A stretch of 64,000 nucleotides of DNA from Flavobacteriales bacterium (lineage in GTDB: Bacteria; Bacteroidota; Bacteroidia; Palsa-965): the NCBI GenBank assembly GCA_040377305.1, contig JBEIPA010000020.1, forward strand, positions 34,326 to 98,325, read 5' to 3'. The notes beneath the pieces are model-generated. The model was not told where the DNA came from, did no database searches, and saw only the letters and a list, made by a program, of their open reading frames with translations. Numbering within the stretch: the first letter of the stretch is position 1; every line of letters starts with the position of its first letter. Shown here one piece after another: positions 29,464 through 38,844 of the stretch. The translations under genes were made by a program, and so were the position numbers.

Positions 29464-30351
29464 ATGAGTAAAAACATCACCGTCATCGGTTCCGGCACCA
29501 TGGGCAATGGAATCGCACACGTATTCGCACAAACAGGTTACGCAGTAACACTCGTTGATATTTCCAAAGAAGCGCTTGATCGCGGAATTGCAACCATTAC
29601 AAAGAATCTGGATCGTCAGGTTGCGAAAGGAACACTCACGGAGGCCGACAAAGCAGCTACCCTCGCCCGCATTGCACCGGTAACCGATCTTGCAACCGGA
29701 GTTTCACAGGCTGATCTGGTTGTAGAAGCTGCAACAGAGAACGTTGATCTCAAATTGAAAATCTTCCGCGACATCGATGCAAACGCTCCGGCAAATTGCA
29801 TTCTCGCGTCAAACACTTCTTCAATTTCAATTACGCGAATTGCAGCGGCAACAAAACGTTCGGAGAAAGTAATCGGTATGCACTTCATGAATCCGGTGCC
29901 GATTATGAAACTCGTGGAAGTTATCCGCGGTTACAATACGACCGATGAAGTGACGAATTCAATCATGGAACTTTCGAAGAAACTCGGAAAAGTTCCTGTT
30001 GAAGTGAACGACTATCCCGGTTTCGTTGCGAATAAGATCCTTATGCCGATGATCAATGAAGCGATTATCACTTTGCACGAAGGAACAGCAGGTGTTGAAG
30101 AAATTGACACCGTGATGAAACTCGGTATGGCTCACCCAATGGGTCCACTGCGACTTGCCGATTTTATCGGACTTGATGTATGCTTGTTCATCATGCGCGT
30201 GTTGCAGGAAGGATACGGAAATCCGAAATATGCTCCTTGTCCTCTACTCGTAAACATGGTTCAGGCAGGACATCTCGGCGATAAAACCAAAAAAGGTTTT
30301 TATGATTACAGTGATCCGAAAAACCCTGTCGTAGCTACACGTTTCAAATAA
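29464..30351 (+). CDS. hbd: 3-hydroxybutyryl-CoA dehydrogenase
   Basis: GSGTMGNGIA, SNTSS, GMHFMNPVP, HPMGP. Confidence 0.92.
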   Translation: MSKNITVIGSGTMGNGIAHVFAQTGYAVTLVDISKEALDRGIATITKNLDRQVAKGTLTEADKAATLARIAPVTDLATGVSQADLVVEAATENVDLKLKIFRDIDANAPANCILASNTSSISITRIAAATKRSEKVIGMHFMNPVPIMKLVEVIRGYNTTDEVTNSIMELSKKLGKVPVEVNDYPGFVANKILMPMINEAIITLHEGTAGVEEIDTVMKLGMAHPMGPLRLADFIGLDVCLFIMRVLQEGYGNPKYAPCPLLVNMVQAGHLGDKTKKGFYDYSDPKNPVVATRFK

Positions 30352-30354
30352 TTG

Positions 30355-30516
30355 ACCACATAGAATCATAGTCTGCGTTAGTTGCTAAGGCGCTACGCGT
30401 ACATAGTTCACATGAGAGAGGCTGCAACCAAGTTGCAGCCTCTCCTGTGTTCTATGACGAATGCGCGTGCGCATTTTCGCTTAACACCTTACGATTTTTC
30501 TATGATCCTATGTGGT
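30355..30516. repeat. REPIN-like pair (ACCACATAG family) around a 13-bp perfect hairpin
   Basis: accacatagaatcatag / ctatgatcctatgtggt; inner gagaggctgcaac-caa-gttgcagcctctc. Confidence 0.75.
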
Positions 30517-30887
30517 TAACCGTAAAGCCGGCCATGGCTCGAAACTTCATCAATAAACCAGAACAGAAAAATGAAGTAGCAGATGAAGAATATCCACGAG
30601 AGAATACCAACAACCAAACCGATGATTCCGCAAATGCGTCCGGTTTTGATATTGCCCATTGAATTCGGATCGTATACACCCGGCTTCGCTTCAAATTCTG
30701 CTTTTGCACCTTTCGCAAGGATGAGCGCAATAGTTCCGAGAATTGGTCCAAGCGTACACAACACAATGCTGCAGATCCCGAGTACGAGCACTGCTGTGCC
30801 ATTTGGAATCGGTGGCAGGTTAGCTACGAAACCCTGAGGTTGTGTGTATGGATTGTATTGCTGTTGATTCGGATTATTTGGTTCCAT
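30516..30887 (-). CDS. DUF4190/CCC-motif-like membrane protein
   Basis: PNGTAVLVLGICSI, KTGRICGIIG; Q/N/P-rich N-terminus. Confidence 0.8.
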   Translation of the reverse strand: MEPNNPNQQQYNPYTQPQGFVANLPPIPNGTAVLVLGICSIVLCTLGPILGTIALILAKGAKAEFEAKPGVYDPNSMGNIKTGRICGIIGLVVGILSWIFFICYFIFLFWFIDEVSSHGRLYG

Positions 30888-30889
30888 AG

Positions 30890-31393
30890 TTAGTATCGGT
30901 TTTGCGGAGGATAATTTCCGTGTGGATATTGTTGCATTCCTTGCTGGAAGCCATACGGATTATTGAACTGCACAGGATTTTGTTCCAGTGTATTCTTGTA
31001 TGCGCGCATCTTGTTCCAGTAAATGATAAGCATGATGCAGCCCGCAATGGCAGAAAGGATTCCAAGAAACGGAACCACACTGCAGATCATCAGAATCTGT
31101 GAAGTAAGTCCTGTGGAATAACCCGGACGTTCTTCATCCAGCTGTAAATTTCGGTTGCGGAATTCAATAGCCAATGAATCGGCAACTCTGCCAATCATGA
31201 TGAATTGCCACACGATTCCGAAAGCGGGAATGAACACCATCCACACTTCTCCCGGATTCATCTTGCGCGTGTGCGGATGACACAGCTCCAGTATTCGCGA
31301 CATGGTGAGCAGGTAGAAAATAAAGACGACGAACATTCCGAAACCCAGAATGATCATCAGAATCCAAAGAATGAAAAAACCTGCGAAGAACAT
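30890..31393 (-). CDS. membrane protein (DUF4328-like), paralog of 31406-32077
   Basis: M.PG.VW...IP, ADSLA.E, EERPGY shared with neighbour. Confidence 0.75.
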   Translation of the reverse strand: MFFAGFFILWILMIILGFGMFVVFIFYLLTMSRILELCHPHTRKMNPGEVWMVFIPAFGIVWQFIMIGRVADSLAIEFRNRNLQLDEERPGYSTGLTSQILMICSVVPFLGILSAIAGCIMLIIYWNKMRAYKNTLEQNPVQFNNPYGFQQGMQQYPHGNYPPQNRY

Positions 31394-31405
31394 GTGTGCT
31401 GAATA

Positions 31406-32077
31406 TTACTGTGGTGGATTCGGATTATTCGGAGGCGACCACGGATTTTGCGGTGGCGGCGGTGATGTCGGAGGACCCTGCTGATTCATATAAGGATTCT
31501 GTTGGTTCGGATTCTGCTGCTGATTCATATAAGGATTAGCCTGTCCCTGGTAAGGTTGAGGCTGTCCTGGAAATTGATTTGGAAACTGATTCATATTCGG
31601 ATTTCCCATTCCAAATTGAAACTGGTGTTGCATTAATTCGTTTTTGTATTTCGACATACGAACCCAATAAACGATCCAGCATACGAATCCTGCAAGTCCG
31701 GCAAGCTGAGGAAGAATTGGAATACCGATCCACTGAAGCACTCCACAGCACGTTAAAATGGCGTAAGCCATTCCTAACTGATAACCGGGTCGCTCTTCGC
31801 TTGGATTTAGTCCGCGCATTCTGTATTCAGCCGCCAGAGAGTCTGCCATTGCACTGGCAATTCTGAAATTCCAATAGTAATTGAAGAAAGGAATTAGTCC
31901 AAGCCACACCATTCCGGGAGCCATTTGTTGATTTTGCGGAGCACACTGTTTGAGGGTATTCTGCAAATTGAGAAAATAGAAAATTGCAATCACGATACCG
32001 ATTGCAAGTCCAATTAGCAGTGCTCCCAAAAAGGGCGCCAACATACTGGAGTCGAGATTGGAGAAATTGTTCATCAT
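31406..32077 (-). CDS. membrane protein (DUF4328-like) with long Q/N/P-rich tail
   Basis: Same motifs as neighbour; about 70-aa low-complexity C-terminus. Confidence 0.75.
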   Translation of the reverse strand: MMNNFSNLDSSMLAPFLGALLIGLAIGIVIAIFYFLNLQNTLKQCAPQNQQMAPGMVWLGLIPFFNYYWNFRIASAMADSLAAEYRMRGLNPSEERPGYQLGMAYAILTCCGVLQWIGIPILPQLAGLAGFVCWIVYWVRMSKYKNELMQHQFQFGMGNPNMNQFPNQFPGQPQPYQGQANPYMNQQQNPNQQNPYMNQQGPPTSPPPPQNPWSPPNNPNPPQ

Positions 32078-32094
32078 GCAGTGAAGATAAAAAG

Positions 32095-32127
32095 AAAAGC
32101 CCCGATGCTTTCACAACGGGGCTTTTC
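32095..32127 (-). terminator. intrinsic terminator
   Basis: gaaaagccccg..cggggcttttc with U-tract on minus strand. Confidence 0.7.
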
Positions 32128-32147
32128 AGATTAGTAGTTAATAACTA

Positions 32148-32591
32148 CTAGTTCATATGCTTAAGGTTCATAGCGTACATCCCTACGAATGCAGCACCAA
32201 AGATTAGACCGAAAGTAGTCCAGTTTCCGTCGATGAATCCCATAATAGCGGAAATTGCAAATGCAGCCGCATAAAGGAAGAATCCAGACTTCTTCAATTT
32301 CCACATGCGAAGTACCCCAATGAAAGAAAGCACTACACAAATTAATCCAACTACAACTCCTGCGTATGCAAGGCCGTTGCCCGCAGATTCTGTTGTCGTT
32401 TCTGTCATTGTTACTCCTTCCGCTTCCATCATATCCACACCTTCATTAGCAACTACTGCAACAGCACCAATTACCATTGCTGCGAGAATAATTAGAATTG
32501 CTACAATTCCCTGCCAGATGAATGACAGAATGCAAAGTACTGTAAGAAATGTTGGTCTTTGAGCCGGAGCCCCAGCGTTTTGTTGTTCCAT
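32148..32591 (-). CDS. conserved 4-TM membrane protein
   Basis: RPTFLTVLCILSFI, MWKLKKSGFFLY, YAMNLKHM. Confidence 0.8.
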   Translation of the reverse strand: MEQQNAGAPAQRPTFLTVLCILSFIWQGIVAILIILAAMVIGAVAVVANEGVDMMEAEGVTMTETTTESAGNGLAYAGVVVGLICVVLSFIGVLRMWKLKKSGFFLYAAAFAISAIMGFIDGNWTTFGLIFGAAFVGMYAMNLKHMN

Positions 32592-32676
32592 AATAATTAG
32601 AGTTTTGTCGGTTAGTTTCGTTTGGACTCAAAACAACTCCAAATTCCCGTGCTTTCAAATAGACACCGGTGTTTAC

Positions 32677-32839
32677 TTATTAACAGAAACTTGACGGAGT
32701 TCCGACGATTGCAGATATAAACATTCTGTTAACAGATAATAGCCTAATCACCTTAAAACCCGCGTATTTGACATCATTTTTAGGGTTAACATGTGGGTAA
32801 TACTGTCCACATCCGGGTACTTATTCACAATGTTCATAT
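32677..32839. promoter_or_regulatory. cluster of DnaA-box-like 9-mers
   Basis: TTATTCACA 32821, TGTGGGTAA 32792, CTGTCCACA 32803, TTATTAACA 32677 and weaker matches. Confidence 0.45.
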
Positions 32840-32885
32840 CCTGAATGGCGAATATCGCTGTTGTAAACGTCCCAAACTGCGTCGG

Positions 32886-34643
32886 CTATCCTACGTTCCA
32901 GCTCTTTTTCGCAGCCCAAACGGACCAATTATGACGCTGTGTTTCCGTCGGATTTGAGAGCATTTTCACGACAGGATTACCGTAGTACTCTTTGCCATCT
33001 GGTTTCACGGTAATATCGCGAATGATTCCTCCCGAGTTTACTTTCAGCACGAATTCCTCCGTTGCGAAATAGGTCATCCATTCATTCATGTCATTCTTTA
33101 CCTGCTGTCCGTTCACGAGAATGACTTCATCGCCCACACAAAGTCCGCAAGTTTCTGCAGGAGAACCGTAATACATTTCTGTAACACGTGTAATGCCTCC
33201 AGGCTCATTCACTTTGAATCCGAATACGCGGTCGTGTACTTTCCGCATGGAGTTGAACTCTAAACGATGACCAATGTAATCGAGCGCCTCACTCAGCACC
33301 GGTGTATAATCATTCGCTTTGTAGAAATAGTTGTTCCAGTAGAAACTGAAATCGGCACCGGCTTCCTCTTCAATGAGTTTTTTGTAATCGGCCTCAGTAT
33401 AGCCTTTGCCTTGTTTTGCGAATTCAACCCAGAGACGACGCATGACATCATCCAGCGATTTTTTGTTCAATGAATTTCTGCGGATGAAAATGTCTGTGAC
33501 AAACGCGAGCAAACATCCTTCGTGGTAAATACTCGTCTTACGATGCGGTGCACCCGGTACATAACCATCGAGCCAGGTGTCCATTGAAGATTCTGTAACC
33601 GACAGGAATTTTCTCGCTTCCGTTTCGAAATGCTTGTCCATTCGCTCGTTGAACGTTGGCCAGAACTGATCCGCTGTCCATACACCGGAACGATACAGCA
33701 AGTAATCGCCGTAGTAAGTGGTCACTCCTTCTGCAACGAATCCTAAGCGGGAATAGTTTTCTTTCGTAAAATCATAAGGCAGCATTTCCGCCGGACGAAT
33801 CGATTTGATATTCCACGCATGAAATAATTCGTGACAGCTTACACCCAGAAGATCATCGTACAGATCATTCATCAGTTTGTACGAAGGTCCAAGTCCGATT
33901 ACAGTTGAATCGACATGCTCAACACCATGATAGAAACGCGTTGGCAAAATCTGGTATATGAAGTGAAATTCCTCAGAAGGAAAGCTACCGAAGACACGCA
34001 TATTTTCATTCACGAAAATAAAGAAGTCAGTAATGAGTTTCGACCAGTCCGGTTTTGATTCACCCTGGAACCACAAGTGAAATTCAACTCCGTCAAGAAT
34101 GAAAAATTTGTGTTTAATATTCGGACTCGCAATAAATGGGCTGTCTGCAAGTCGGTCAAAGTTTGGTACAACAAAACTTTGACTGCCGACTGTGATACGG
34201 CCAGACTGCTGACTGGATTTCATTGCAGTTGCCACTTTCCATGTTTCCGGAATCGCTAGTTCAACTGTACATTCTTCATCAAGTCGTCCTTCAAGATAAA
34301 CACAACAGTTCACCGGATTCACATACAACTGCGAGGCATCGAGAAATGTGGATCCGGCATTCGGATCAGCAGCGAAGTACTCGTACTTAATTGTGAGCGA
34401 CTTCACTCCTACCGTATGCACTTTCCATTTATCCTTAGTCGCTTTCGTTGCCGGTAGAATTTTCCCTCCTCCATCAAACACCTGAAGGTTGCGCACGTTC
34501 TTCGCGAAATTTCCAAGCTCATAACGTCCGGGACGCCAGGCAGGCAATTGAATGTAAGTAATTTCAGAAGAAATATTTTGTGCTGTTACTTCGAGCTGAA
34601 CGTAACGAGAAGAAGGGTTGATCCAGGAAAACTTGTAATGCAT
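32886..34643 (-). CDS. M61 family glycyl aminopeptidase with PDZ domain
   Basis: PAWRPGRY, GVEH, HELFHAWN, EGVTTYY, C-terminal PDZ (GSPA..GL..GD). Confidence 0.92.
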   Translation of the reverse strand: MHYKFSWINPSSRYVQLEVTAQNISSEITYIQLPAWRPGRYELGNFAKNVRNLQVFDGGGKILPATKATKDKWKVHTVGVKSLTIKYEYFAADPNAGSTFLDASQLYVNPVNCCVYLEGRLDEECTVELAIPETWKVATAMKSSQQSGRITVGSQSFVVPNFDRLADSPFIASPNIKHKFFILDGVEFHLWFQGESKPDWSKLITDFFIFVNENMRVFGSFPSEEFHFIYQILPTRFYHGVEHVDSTVIGLGPSYKLMNDLYDDLLGVSCHELFHAWNIKSIRPAEMLPYDFTKENYSRLGFVAEGVTTYYGDYLLYRSGVWTADQFWPTFNERMDKHFETEARKFLSVTESSMDTWLDGYVPGAPHRKTSIYHEGCLLAFVTDIFIRRNSLNKKSLDDVMRRLWVEFAKQGKGYTEADYKKLIEEEAGADFSFYWNNYFYKANDYTPVLSEALDYIGHRLEFNSMRKVHDRVFGFKVNEPGGITRVTEMYYGSPAETCGLCVGDEVILVNGQQVKNDMNEWMTYFATEEFVLKVNSGGIIRDITVKPDGKEYYGNPVVKMLSNPTETQRHNWSVWAAKKSWNVG

Positions 34644-34780
34644 AAATCCAAAGTTACACGATTCGATAATTCGAAATTCGAAGATTTGAAGATTCCAGTA
34701 GAGTATACTCAAAAACAAAAATCGTGTGAAGTTTATGCAACACACGATTTTCAAATCTTCGAATCTTCAAATAGTTTGCC

Positions 34781-35851
34781 TCAGCAAACTTTAAACACCC
34801 AATTGTGCTTGTCTTCCGTTCTTCCGCGACGAATATCATCCATCATCTTGCCAACTTTCGATGAGAAAGAATCTGCAGAGAAAGCAGGCAACTCGTAATC
34901 AACACCGTCTGCACCAATATTCGAAATGCGGGCAATCGTTGCAGCAGTTCCTGTTCCGAATGCTTCCTGCATGGTTCCATTGTTAAAGGCTTCAACAATT
35001 TCTGCAACAGCAATCTTGCGTTCTTCCACTTTCATTCCCCAGTCGCGTGCGAGCGTGAGTACACTATCGCGGGTGATGCCGGCAAGTATTGTATCGCCAA
35101 GCTGCGGTGTGATCAACGTGTTATTGATAACGAACATCAGGTTCATTGTTCCTGATTCCTCAACGAACTTATGCTCCTTTGCATCAGTCCAGATGAGTTG
35201 ATCATATCCTTCTTTCTTCGCGAGTGAAGTCGGATACAAAGAACGACCGTAGTTGCCCGATGCTTTCACGAATCCAACTCCGCCTTCAACAGCGCGGAAG
35301 AATGTGCGCTCCACTTTTACTTTGAGCGGATGATCGTAGTATGCTCCAACAGGAGTTGTGATGATGATGAATCTGTAATTGTCGGATGGTTTTACGCCAA
35401 TGTAATCGTCGCTCGCAAACAGGAACGGACGAATATAAAGTGAACGTCCGTCACCAGTCGGAATCCAATTCTGGTCGAGACGCAGGAGTTCAACAAGACC
35501 TTCCATGAAAATTTCTTCGGGAACCTCCTGCATGGCCATACGTTGTGCAGAAACATTTAATCGTTTATGATTATCTGTAGGTCGGAACAGCAAAACTTCT
35601 CCTGAATCAGAACGATGTGATTTCATTCCTTCGAAAATTGCCTGACCATAATGCATCATGGAACTCGCCGGACTGAGATTCAAATCGCCATAAGGCATAA
35701 TCTTTCCCGGTTGCCATTGTCCATCGATGTAATCAGCGATAAACATGTGATCCGAAAACACTTTTCCGAATGGAACATTATTGATATCGAGTCCGGGTAA
35801 ACGCGAGTGTTGCGTCTTCGTGATTTCCATAAGCGTTGCAAGGTTGCTCAT
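34781..35851 (-). CDS. ilvE: branched-chain amino acid aminotransferase
   Basis: FSDHM, HYGQAIFEGMK, LYIRP, KASGNY, EESGTMN, ILAGITR, GTAA. Confidence 0.95.
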   Translation of the reverse strand: MSNLATLMEITKTQHSRLPGLDINNVPFGKVFSDHMFIADYIDGQWQPGKIMPYGDLNLSPASSMMHYGQAIFEGMKSHRSDSGEVLLFRPTDNHKRLNVSAQRMAMQEVPEEIFMEGLVELLRLDQNWIPTGDGRSLYIRPFLFASDDYIGVKPSDNYRFIIITTPVGAYYDHPLKVKVERTFFRAVEGGVGFVKASGNYGRSLYPTSLAKKEGYDQLIWTDAKEHKFVEESGTMNLMFVINNTLITPQLGDTILAGITRDSVLTLARDWGMKVEERKIAVAEIVEAFNNGTMQEAFGTGTAATIARISNIGADGVDYELPAFSADSFSSKVGKMMDDIRRGRTEDKHNWVFKVC

Positions 35852-36000
35852 TGGTAAACAGTTATGCTGGTACGCGTAATTTTCATTGTAACAGCGGTTC
35901 TAACAAAGATGCCAATTATATTCTGGAAGAGTATAGAAATGGCACAATATTCGACGGGGAATAGTATATCAAAGACGATTTCGTTATATTTAGTAGTACC

Positions 36001-36123
36001 ATGAAAAGAATAGTGTTTATTACGTATTTGTTGCTCGCTTTAGTCGCAGCATCTTGCGGTGAGAAACATGGAACGGGAAAGAAAAGACCGCCACCATGTG
36101 ATTGTCCTCACTTCAAATCGTGA
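36001..36123 (+). CDS. 40-aa lipoprotein with C-terminal CDCP motif (absent from the ORF track)
   Basis: MKRIVFITYLLLALVAAS-CGEKHGTGKKRPPPCDCPHFKS*; lipobox; 3 nt before the next ATG. Confidence 0.7.
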   Translation: MKRIVFITYLLLALVAASCGEKHGTGKKRPPPCDCPHFKS

Positions 36124-36126
36124 TAA

Positions 36127-36474
36127 ATGAACAAACTCATTTTACTATTTCCCGCGCTCTTCCTGTTTGCTTGTGGTAGCACTCCCGATAACGGTGGTCC
36201 ATGCACTTACGTAACAGATACCGTTGGAGCAACAATTGTTCGTCTGGATTCAAACGGAACTCCTTATCCCGACATGATGCTTCACGTAACAAAGGCAAAT
36301 GGGAAAATCGATTCAATTCGCTATCCTCAAAACAATGGTGAAGTCTTTACATGGGATACAGTGACTGCACACGGTTTCAAAGTGGGTATGCAATTAAAAG
36401 CAAGGCACGAACTGAGAACGAGCGGGCATTGTAGTCCTGAGTATTATGTGGTAAGCAAGGAGATATTTAAGTAA
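36127..36474 (+). CDS. hypothetical lipoprotein
   Basis: Lipobox LFAC; two further Cys (GGPC, SGHCSP). Confidence 0.75.
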   Translation: MNKLILLFPALFLFACGSTPDNGGPCTYVTDTVGATIVRLDSNGTPYPDMMLHVTKANGKIDSIRYPQNNGEVFTWDTVTAHGFKVGMQLKARHELRTSGHCSPEYYVVSKEIFK

Positions 36475-36549
36475 TTAGGTAGGCACCTCGATCGTGAATA
36501 TTGTTCATGACTCGCCTACTTAAAGACTTAGGTACTTATATTTGACTTC

Positions 36550-37206
36550 ATGTCAATAATCTCCTGCTCGAATCTCACCAAGTCATACGGACCGCTACAG
36601 GTTCTTAAAGGAATTAACCTGGATATTAAGCAAGGTGAAATAATTTCTATTGTAGGAGCTTCGGGAGCCGGCAAAACCACTCTTCTGACTATACTCGGAA
36701 CGTTGGACAAAGCAGACGGCGGTTCATTGATGATGAACGGAAATGAGTTGATGGCACTCAACTCCAAACAGCTCGCTGAGTTCCGCAACAAAAACATCGG
36801 ATTCGTTTTTCAGTTTCACCATTTACTTCCTGAGTTTACTGCATTAGAGAATGTATGTATTCCGGCTTACATCGGCGGAGCAGGTAAAAAAGAAACCGAA
36901 GCCCGCGCTCACGAATTGCTCGACATGCTGGGACTCGCAGAGCGTAAAACACATAAACCATCTGAGCTTTCCGGTGGAGAACAACAACGTGTAGCTGTTG
37001 CACGCGCACTCATCAACAAACCAGCAGTCGTTTTTGCCGACGAACCTTCAGGCAATCTCGATTCTGCAACTGCAACTCAGCTTCATCAGCTTTTCTTCTA
37101 TCTCCGCGAGACGATGGGACAAACTTTTGTCATCGTAACACACAACGAAGCATTGGCGGATATGGCGGATCGGAAACTGGTGATGAAAGATGGTGTGATT
37201 CTTTGA
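36550..37206 (+). CDS. lolD: ABC transporter ATP-binding protein, LolD-like
   Basis: [35 protein letters not shown]. Confidence 0.8.
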   Translation: MSIISCSNLTKSYGPLQVLKGINLDIKQGEIISIVGASGAGKTTLLTILGTLDKADGGSLMMNGNELMALNSKQLAEFRNKNIGFVFQFHHLLPEFTALENVCIPAYIGGAGKKETEARAHELLDMLGLAERKTHKPSELSGGEQQRVAVARALINKPAVVFADEPSGNLDSATATQLHQLFFYLRETMGQTFVIVTHNEALADMADRKLVMKDGVIL

Positions 37207-37299
37207 TTGAACATTGCGCTTTTGGCGTTTGACATTGAACATTTGATGCCACGATCCTGACGAGAGAACGCTCAACGCAAAATGTTCAACGCTCAAGTG
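37207..37299. repeat. heptamer-built palindrome, copy 1
   Basis: ttgaacatt..ttggcgtttgacatt..gccacgat..acgagagaa..tcaacgc.aaatgttcaa. Confidence 0.75.
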
Positions 37300-38028
37300 T
37301 CAAGGAAAATGATCCTTGTGCACATCCCGGAACAACAACATCTCCTTCAACTTCAGTTCCTTTTCTGTATCAAATCCGCATGTCTCTTCCCACGTTTTCG
37401 GATTACGATACGTACCGAACATCATATCCCACCAAACAATATCGCCGTAGTTGTATTTGTGCTTTTCAAACTCGTGATGAATGCGATGCATTTCCGGTCG
37501 CTGGAAAATATAACCAACCCATTGCGGTGTTTTTACATTGGTATGATAGAAGAATTCACCGAGAGCAGTACACAGGGTGTAAATCGCTCCGGCTTCTGCG
37601 CTTAAACCGAGAAATGTAAATACGAGCAAGCTTCCGATGATTGAATTCACAGTCATTTCCAAGGGATGCTTGTAAAATGATGTGATCACTTCAAGCCGTT
37701 GCGGACTGTGATGTATCTGGTGAAAGCGGGTCCAGAGAAAATCAACGGTGTGTCTCCAACGATGCCACCAGTAGAAAATGAACGTGGCAATGAAATACGC
37801 GATGCATCCACCAGCGATAGGCGAAACATGTTCACTCAAATGAAAGACACTGAATGCAGAAAGCCATTTCTCCCAGGTGAATCCAGCGACGACCACGATA
37901 ATGAGTTGTACAAAGTTGATTGCGAGAACCCGAATCGTCCAGGTTGGAACTGTGGGCAATTTCCAACCGGGAATCATTCTTTCAAGAATGAAGCAGAAGG
38001 CGAATACGCCGATAATAACAGGTAGCAT
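37300..38028 (-). CDS. sterol desaturase/fatty-acid hydroxylase family protein
   Basis: His boxes HRWRH, HQIHH, H...HRIHH; NYG. Confidence 0.9.
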   Translation of the reverse strand: MLPVIIGVFAFCFILERMIPGWKLPTVPTWTIRVLAINFVQLIIVVVAGFTWEKWLSAFSVFHLSEHVSPIAGGCIAYFIATFIFYWWHRWRHTVDFLWTRFHQIHHSPQRLEVITSFYKHPLEMTVNSIIGSLLVFTFLGLSAEAGAIYTLCTALGEFFYHTNVKTPQWVGYIFQRPEMHRIHHEFEKHKYNYGDIVWWDMMFGTYRNPKTWEETCGFDTEKELKLKEMLLFRDVHKDHFP

Positions 38029-38140
38029 TGCAGGTAGGTTTTGGTTTTACTTCCGTTAACCCTGCAAATCGACGATTCTAATGTCAGGAGAGTATCCGAT
38101 AAATGTGAAGAGATGCGAGGAAGTGTTCAGGGGTGTTAAA

Positions 38141-38238
38141 TTGAGCATTGGAAGGTTGGCGTTTGACATTTGACATTGCAAGCCACGATTCTTACGAGAG
38201 AATGATCAACGCCAAATGTTCAATTTTTAATGTCCAAC
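38141..38238. repeat. heptamer-built palindrome, copy 2 (direct repeat of 37207-37299)
   Basis: Same blocks in the same order and orientation. Confidence 0.75.
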
Positions 38239-38243
38239 AGGTA

Positions 38244-38280
38244 AAAAGGCCAAAGGCTCCACGTTTCCGTGAAGCCTTTG
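38244..38280 (-). terminator. rnpB terminator
   Basis: caaaggcttcacg-gaaa-cgtggagcctttg then T-run on minus strand. Confidence 0.65.
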
Positions 38281-38287
38281 ATAAAAT

Positions 38288-38678
38288 ACAGACCTGTAAG
38301 CCGGGTTCTGTCCACTCGAGTGACTCGCACTCTCGCTATCCGCCATTTCTCTGGGATTGCAATCACTCACAACCTCTAGCAACCTACCCGTTACACGAAC
38401 TTGCGTTCTCGGCGAGTAACCGATCTCTTGCGAGCGCATAACCTATTTGGTTTTTCAACACCTGTGGTTTGCCCCATGCTGCATCACTGCAACACGCGTG
38501 AGCTCTTACCTCACGATTTCACCCTTACTTTCCACCGAAATGGATTAGCGGTATGTTTCTGCTGCACTTTCCGTCTTTCGCCAATCACTCAACGAAAGCC
38601 TTCCCGTTAGGAAGCAGGTTACTCTTTGTTGCCCGGACTTTCCTCCCCGATTTTCATCGGAGCGACGGATTAGTCTGC
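38288..38678 (-). ncRNA. rnpB: RNase P RNA (type A)
   Basis: GAGGAAAGTCCGGGC near 5' end; ACAGAACCCGGCTTA near 3' end; TATCTTTG promoter upstream. Confidence 0.96.
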
Positions 38679-38844
38679 GACGCAAAGATAGGAAAACCAC
38701 TAGAGACAGGTTCCGCTAGAAAGTAATTCAAGACAAGATAGTCTCCAAATGAATCAAGGTCCACAATCCACTATGAGTGAGCCTTCGCGCCTCAGCAGTG
38801 AACCATGAACCTTAAAATTCTATTAAACCGGGATAGGTTTAAGT

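Noticed and set aside
38095-38139. Possible relic of the lolD 3' end before the second desaturase-flanking repeat (SDKCEEMRGSV versus [11 protein letters not shown])
   Set aside because: Only three residues align, which is indistinguishable from chance
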